This document shows, piece after piece, positions 16,572-19,653 of a stretch of 19,653 bases of DNA. Each line of letters opens with the position of its first letter. Within the stretch, counting starts at the first letter, position 1. Source of the DNA: Fibrobacterales bacterium (lineage in GTDB: Bacteria; Fibrobacterota; Fibrobacteria; Fibrobacterales; JAOPTW01). The position numbers and the translations under genes were made by a program. The stretch covers positions 218,656 to 238,308 of the forward strand of contig JAOPTX010000015.1 in NCBI GenBank assembly GCA_051532055.1. Reading direction: 5' to 3'. Under the pieces are notes generated by a model. The model did no database searches. It was not told where the DNA came from and saw only the letters and a list, made by a program, of their open reading frames with translations.

Positions 16572-16662
16572 GTGATTCCAAATGAGAGAGAGATATCCCT
16601 TTCATATGAGTCGGCCCTGAATATTTCCACCCGAAACTCACTCTATTAATAAAAGGAACAAA

Positions 16663-17280
16663 ATGGATATAGGAACAGTAATTCTTTTAATATTAGTGCT
16701 TGGTTCAATAGCACTAAACTTGGTAGTATTGTCTAAACTGACTAAAATTTCTAAACAGTTGACAACACCGATTGTGAAAAAACTCGCACCGGAAATCAAG
16801 TTAAAGAATGTTAAAAGACAACCTAAAAACGATAATTCAAAGTCAAAAACCCGTAAGTCGAAAGATACTGCGGAAAAGTCTGAAAAATCGGATAAAACAG
16901 ATAAAAACGGAAGAGGTCGCAACCGCAACCGTAATCGCAACCGCAATCGCCCTGCCCCTGAGGTTTTCTCAAATGAAGTAGAGTCGAATGCACAGTCTGA
17001 AAAAAATGAGACTGTAGAGAAACAGGAAACAAGAGCACCAAAAGCTGATAGCGGGCATAAATCTACTCCTGCAGCTTCTGAGAGTGCACCTGTTGCAGAA
17101 AAAAAGGTAGAAGCGCCAAAGGCTCAAGCGTCTTCGAATAGACCGACACTTGCACCTCGTGGAGAAGCAGCTGATGCTGTAGCATCTTCGCCGGAGCCAA
17201 AAATTGTCGAAGCAGCTGATGCTACACCAGAAGCGGAAAAATCAATTCGCCATGGAAGAAGAGCTCAAATTAAGCGTTAA
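16663..17280 (+). CDS. Membrane-anchored, largely low-complexity protein with basic region and Arg-Asn repeat
   Basis: ATG with AAGGA RBS; N-terminal hydrophobic helix; K/S/D-rich segment, GRGRNRNRNRNRNR, A/E/P/S-rich segment, basic C-terminus; followed by a terminator. Confidence 0.85.
   Translation: MDIGTVILLILVLGSIALNLVVLSKLTKISKQLTTPIVKKLAPEIKLKNVKRQPKNDNSKSKTRKSKDTAEKSEKSDKTDKNGRGRNRNRNRNRNRPAPEVFSNEVESNAQSEKNETVEKQETRAPKADSGHKSTPAASESAPVAEKKVEAPKAQASSNRPTLAPRGEAADAVASSPEPKIVEAADATPEAEKSIRHGRRAQIKR
16918..16950 (+). repeat. Imperfect hexanucleotide repeat (CGYAAY)5+CGC encoding (RN)5R
   Basis: CGCAAC CGCAAC CGTAAT CGCAAC CGCAAT CGC; variation only at synonymous positions. Confidence 0.9.
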
Positions 17281-17304
17281 GACTTTTTAAATCATTAAAA
17301 GTAT

Positions 17305-17342
17305 GGGTGTTTTGTGTTAATTCTGCAAAACACCCTTTTTTT
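17305..17342 (+). terminator. Intrinsic terminator
   Basis: 10-bp stem GGGTGTTTTG (17305-17314) / CAAAACACCC (17326-17335) followed by T7. Confidence 0.85.
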
Positions 17343-17374
17343 ATGTCCATGTTTCTATTAAATTTGTCAGTCTA

Positions 17375-18058
17375 ATGAAAAATGTGAAACTACAAACCCT
17401 CGTAATTGCAATTGATGGCCCTTCCGGAACAGGAAAGAGCACTACCGCAAAAATAGTTGCTGAGTCTCTAGGCATCGTGTACCTTGATACAGGTGCTATG
17501 TATAGGGCGATCACATTTAAATCTCTTCATAACAGTATCACTCCCGATCAATCTGAAAAACTTATCGAACTTCTCAATGATACCTCAATTATTTTTAATG
17601 AAAAAAATGAAATCGTTATTGACGGTGTTGTTTGTGAAACTGAAATTCGTTCTCCTGAAGTTGCCGCTAAAGTCTCACTCTATGCGAGTAAACATGAGGT
17701 GCGGCAGGTGCTCACACAAAAGCAACGTGAGTTTAGTCAAGGTAGCGGATGTATTCTTGATGGTCGTGATATTGGAACTGTAGTATTCCCCAACGCAGAT
17801 CTTAAATTTTACCTTGTGGCAGATTACCGAGTACGTGCTGAGCGCCGTCAGTTGGAACTACAGCAGGGTGGTGTTGAACAGAGTATCGAAGAGGTTGAAA
17901 AGAATTTACGCGAACGTGACGAAGCAGACTCTGGAAGAGAAATTGCGCCACTCATTAAAGCGGATGATGCTATAGAAATTAATACAACAAGCCTGACAAT
18001 AGAACAACAGGCTGAACAGGTATGTGCTGCGGCTCATACTTATATACAGAACTTGTAA
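17375..18058 (+). CDS. cmk: Cytidylate kinase
   Basis: IAIDGPSGTGKST, YLDTGAMYRA, DGRDIGTVVFPNADLKFYL, ERDEADSGREIAPL; directly upstream of rpsA as in the common cmk-rpsA arrangement. Confidence 0.96.
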   Translation: MKNVKLQTLVIAIDGPSGTGKSTTAKIVAESLGIVYLDTGAMYRAITFKSLHNSITPDQSEKLIELLNDTSIIFNEKNEIVIDGVVCETEIRSPEVAAKVSLYASKHEVRQVLTQKQREFSQGSGCILDGRDIGTVVFPNADLKFYLVADYRVRAERRQLELQQGGVEQSIEEVEKNLRERDEADSGREIAPLIKADDAIEINTTSLTIEQQAEQVCAAAHTYIQNL

Positions 18059-18091
18059 AAAACAAGAAAAACTAACAAAAGGATAAACCAC

Positions 18092-19653
18092 ATGTCAGAT
18101 CTCATTTATGGAAGCGAAGAAGATCTCAAAGAGTTTGAACTAGCTGAAGCGGGTACTCTTAACGATTATTTCGTCCCAGAAGAAGAACTCAACATGTACC
18201 TACCTACTCTTTCCGGACTCGAAGTTGGAAAAGTAGTAACAGGTACAATCAAAGAAGTAGCAGATAAAGACGTTATCGTTGATATTAGCTTTAAATCAGA
18301 GGGAATAATTCCTCGTGATGAATTCATCAAAGGTCAAGAGATCGTTGTTGGATCAGACGTTGAAGTATACATCGATTCACTTGATGATACCAACGGGTAC
18401 CTCGTTCTTTCTAAATCAAAAGCAGACTTTGCTCGCGTTTGGACTAAAGTTAATGAAGCGTACGAGAAAAATGAAATTGTTAAAGGTCTTCTTACTCGCC
18501 GTATTAAAGGTGGTGTGGTTGTTGATCTTTATGGCGTTGAGGCGTTCCTACCTGGATCACAAATTGACCTCCGTCAAATCCCTGATATTAATGCACTTAT
18601 CGGTCAAGAATTTGATCTTAAAGTTCTTAAAATCAATGAAGTACGTCGTAACATTGTTGTTTCACGTCGTGTGGTACTTGAAGAAGAGCGTACACGTATC
18701 CGTGGTGACGTCTTAGGTAACCTTGAAAAAGGTCAAGTACGTGTTGGTATCGTTAAAAATATCACTGACTTCGGTGCATTCATCGATCTTGGTGGTGTTG
18801 ATGGTCTTCTCCACATTACTGATATGTCTTACCGTCGTATCTCACACCCATCTGAACTTTGTCAGCTTGGTGAAGAGATCGAAGTTAAAGTTCTTGACTT
18901 TAATGACAAAAAAGAGCGTATCTCTCTTGGTCTTAAACAACTCCAAGCACATCCTTGGAAAGGTGCTGAAGAGAAATTCCCTGAAGCTGCAAGAATCAAA
19001 GGTAAAATCGTTTCAATCACTAACTATGGCGCATTTGTTGAGCTTGGTGATGGTATTGAAGGTCTTATCCACGTTTCTGAAATGTCTTGGACTGAACATG
19101 TTAAACACCCATCACAAGTACTTAACGTAAATGATGAAGTTGAAGCAGTTGTACTTAAAGTTGACATCGAAAGCGAAAAAATCTCTCTCGGTCTTAAACA
19201 ACTTGAAGAAGATCCATGGCTTAACATTGAGTCTGAACTCCCACCTGGTGCGAAAGTTACTGGTGAGATCCGCAACATCGCATCATTTGGTGCATTCGTT
19301 GAGATCAAAGAGGGTGTTGATGGCTTGATTCACGTTTCTGATATGTCTTGGACTAAGAAAATTGCACACCCATCTGAAATGCTCAACAAAGGCGATAAAG
19401 TTGAATGTGTAGTTCTTGCTGTAGACCGCGACAAAAGAAGAATTTCTCTCTCTATGAAACACCTTGAGGAAGATCCTTGGGATACAATCGAAGAGAAATT
19501 TAAAAACGGTGATGAAGTTAAAGGTAAAATCGTTCGTATGCTTGACCGCGGTGTAGTGGTAGAGCTTGAAAACGGTGTTGAAGGATTTATTCCAACAAAC
19601 AAACTTACTAAAGACAACATCAAAGTTCCTTCTGAAGCATTCAAACTTGAAGA
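18092..19653 (+). CDS. rpsA: 30S ribosomal protein S1, 3' end outside the window
   Basis: Not in the ORF track because it has no stop in the window. ATG at 18092 with AAGGA RBS; reads MSDLIYGSEED...FKSEGIIP...IKGGVVVD...AFLPGSQID...KNITDFGAFIDLGGVDGLLHITDMS...GLIHVSEMSW...GLIHVSDMSW, i.e. repeated S1 domains, with strongly biased codon usage. Confidence 0.97.
   Translation, partial: MSDLIYGSEEDLKEFELAEAGTLNDYFVPEEELNMYLPTLSGLEVGKVVTGTIKEVADKDVIVDISFKSEGIIPRDEFIKGQEIVVGSDVEVYIDSLDDTNGYLVLSKSKADFARVWTKVNEAYEKNEIVKGLLTRRIKGGVVVDLYGVEAFLPGSQIDLRQIPDINALIGQEFDLKVLKINEVRRNIVVSRRVVLEEERTRIRGDVLGNLEKGQVRVGIVKNITDFGAFIDLGGVDGLLHITDMSYRRISHPSELCQLGEEIEVKVLDFNDKKERISLGLKQLQAHPWKGAEEKFPEAARIKGKIVSITNYGAFVELGDGIEGLIHVSEMSWTEHVKHPSQVLNVNDEVEAVVLKVDIESEKISLGLKQLEEDPWLNIESELPPGAKVTGEIRNIASFGAFVEIKEGVDGLIHVSDMSWTKKIAHPSEMLNKGDKVECVVLAVDRDKRRISLSMKHLEEDPWDTIEEKFKNGDEVKGKIVRMLDRGVVVELENGVEGFIPTNKLTKDNIKVPSEAFKLE

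Noticed and set aside
16565..16644. Hammerhead ribozyme (ATGAG...CGAAAC with a stem-III-like pairing)
   Set aside because: Core reads CATATGA rather than CTGATGA, the cleavage triplet would be GUG, and stems I and II do not pair in the required register.
16376..17041. Minus-strand ORFs 16376-16630, 16638-16946 and 16823-17041
   Set aside because: Antisense shadows of the two membrane-protein genes; RLRLRL and CGCDYGCGCD are other frames of the RN repeat, and the MEIF start reflects the 11-bp inverted repeat.
18315..19644. Short ORFs of 65-135 aa in the last 1.3 kb
   Set aside because: Alternate frames or antisense of rpsA.

Overview
AT-rich bacterial chromosomal window, mostly housekeeping, repair and signalling genes. 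In order: putative TIM-barrel glycoside hydrolase-like protein and an atypical receiver-like protein (minus strand); thiL and an orphan GspE/PilB-family ATPase with two tandem MshEN-type c-di-GMP modules (plus); an unrecognised ORF; a STAS anti-anti-sigma protein; a double-length (1790 aa, four ABC domains) UvrA; a GT-B glycosyltransferase; clpC; a single-domain response regulator; lexA; two membrane-anchored proteins with similar N-termini; cmk; and the 5' part of rpsA, which runs off the window and is absent from the ORF track. TGCAC-N4-GTGCA-type palindromes upstream of uvrA and lexA match the LexA box I recall for Fibrobacter succinogenes (TGCNC-N4-GTGCA), suggesting a Fibrobacterota-type host (inference). 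The best leads are: (1) a 60-aa single-TM protein divergent from lexA, a candidate SOS-linked membrane effector; (2) nested long-range inverted repeats around that ORF, one covering its start codon; (3) a 107-bp symmetric palindromic MITE-like element with a decayed partial second copy; (4) an asymmetric fused UvrA whose second half lacks the insertion domain. No CRISPR array, tRNA, rRNA, transposase or phage gene was recognised.
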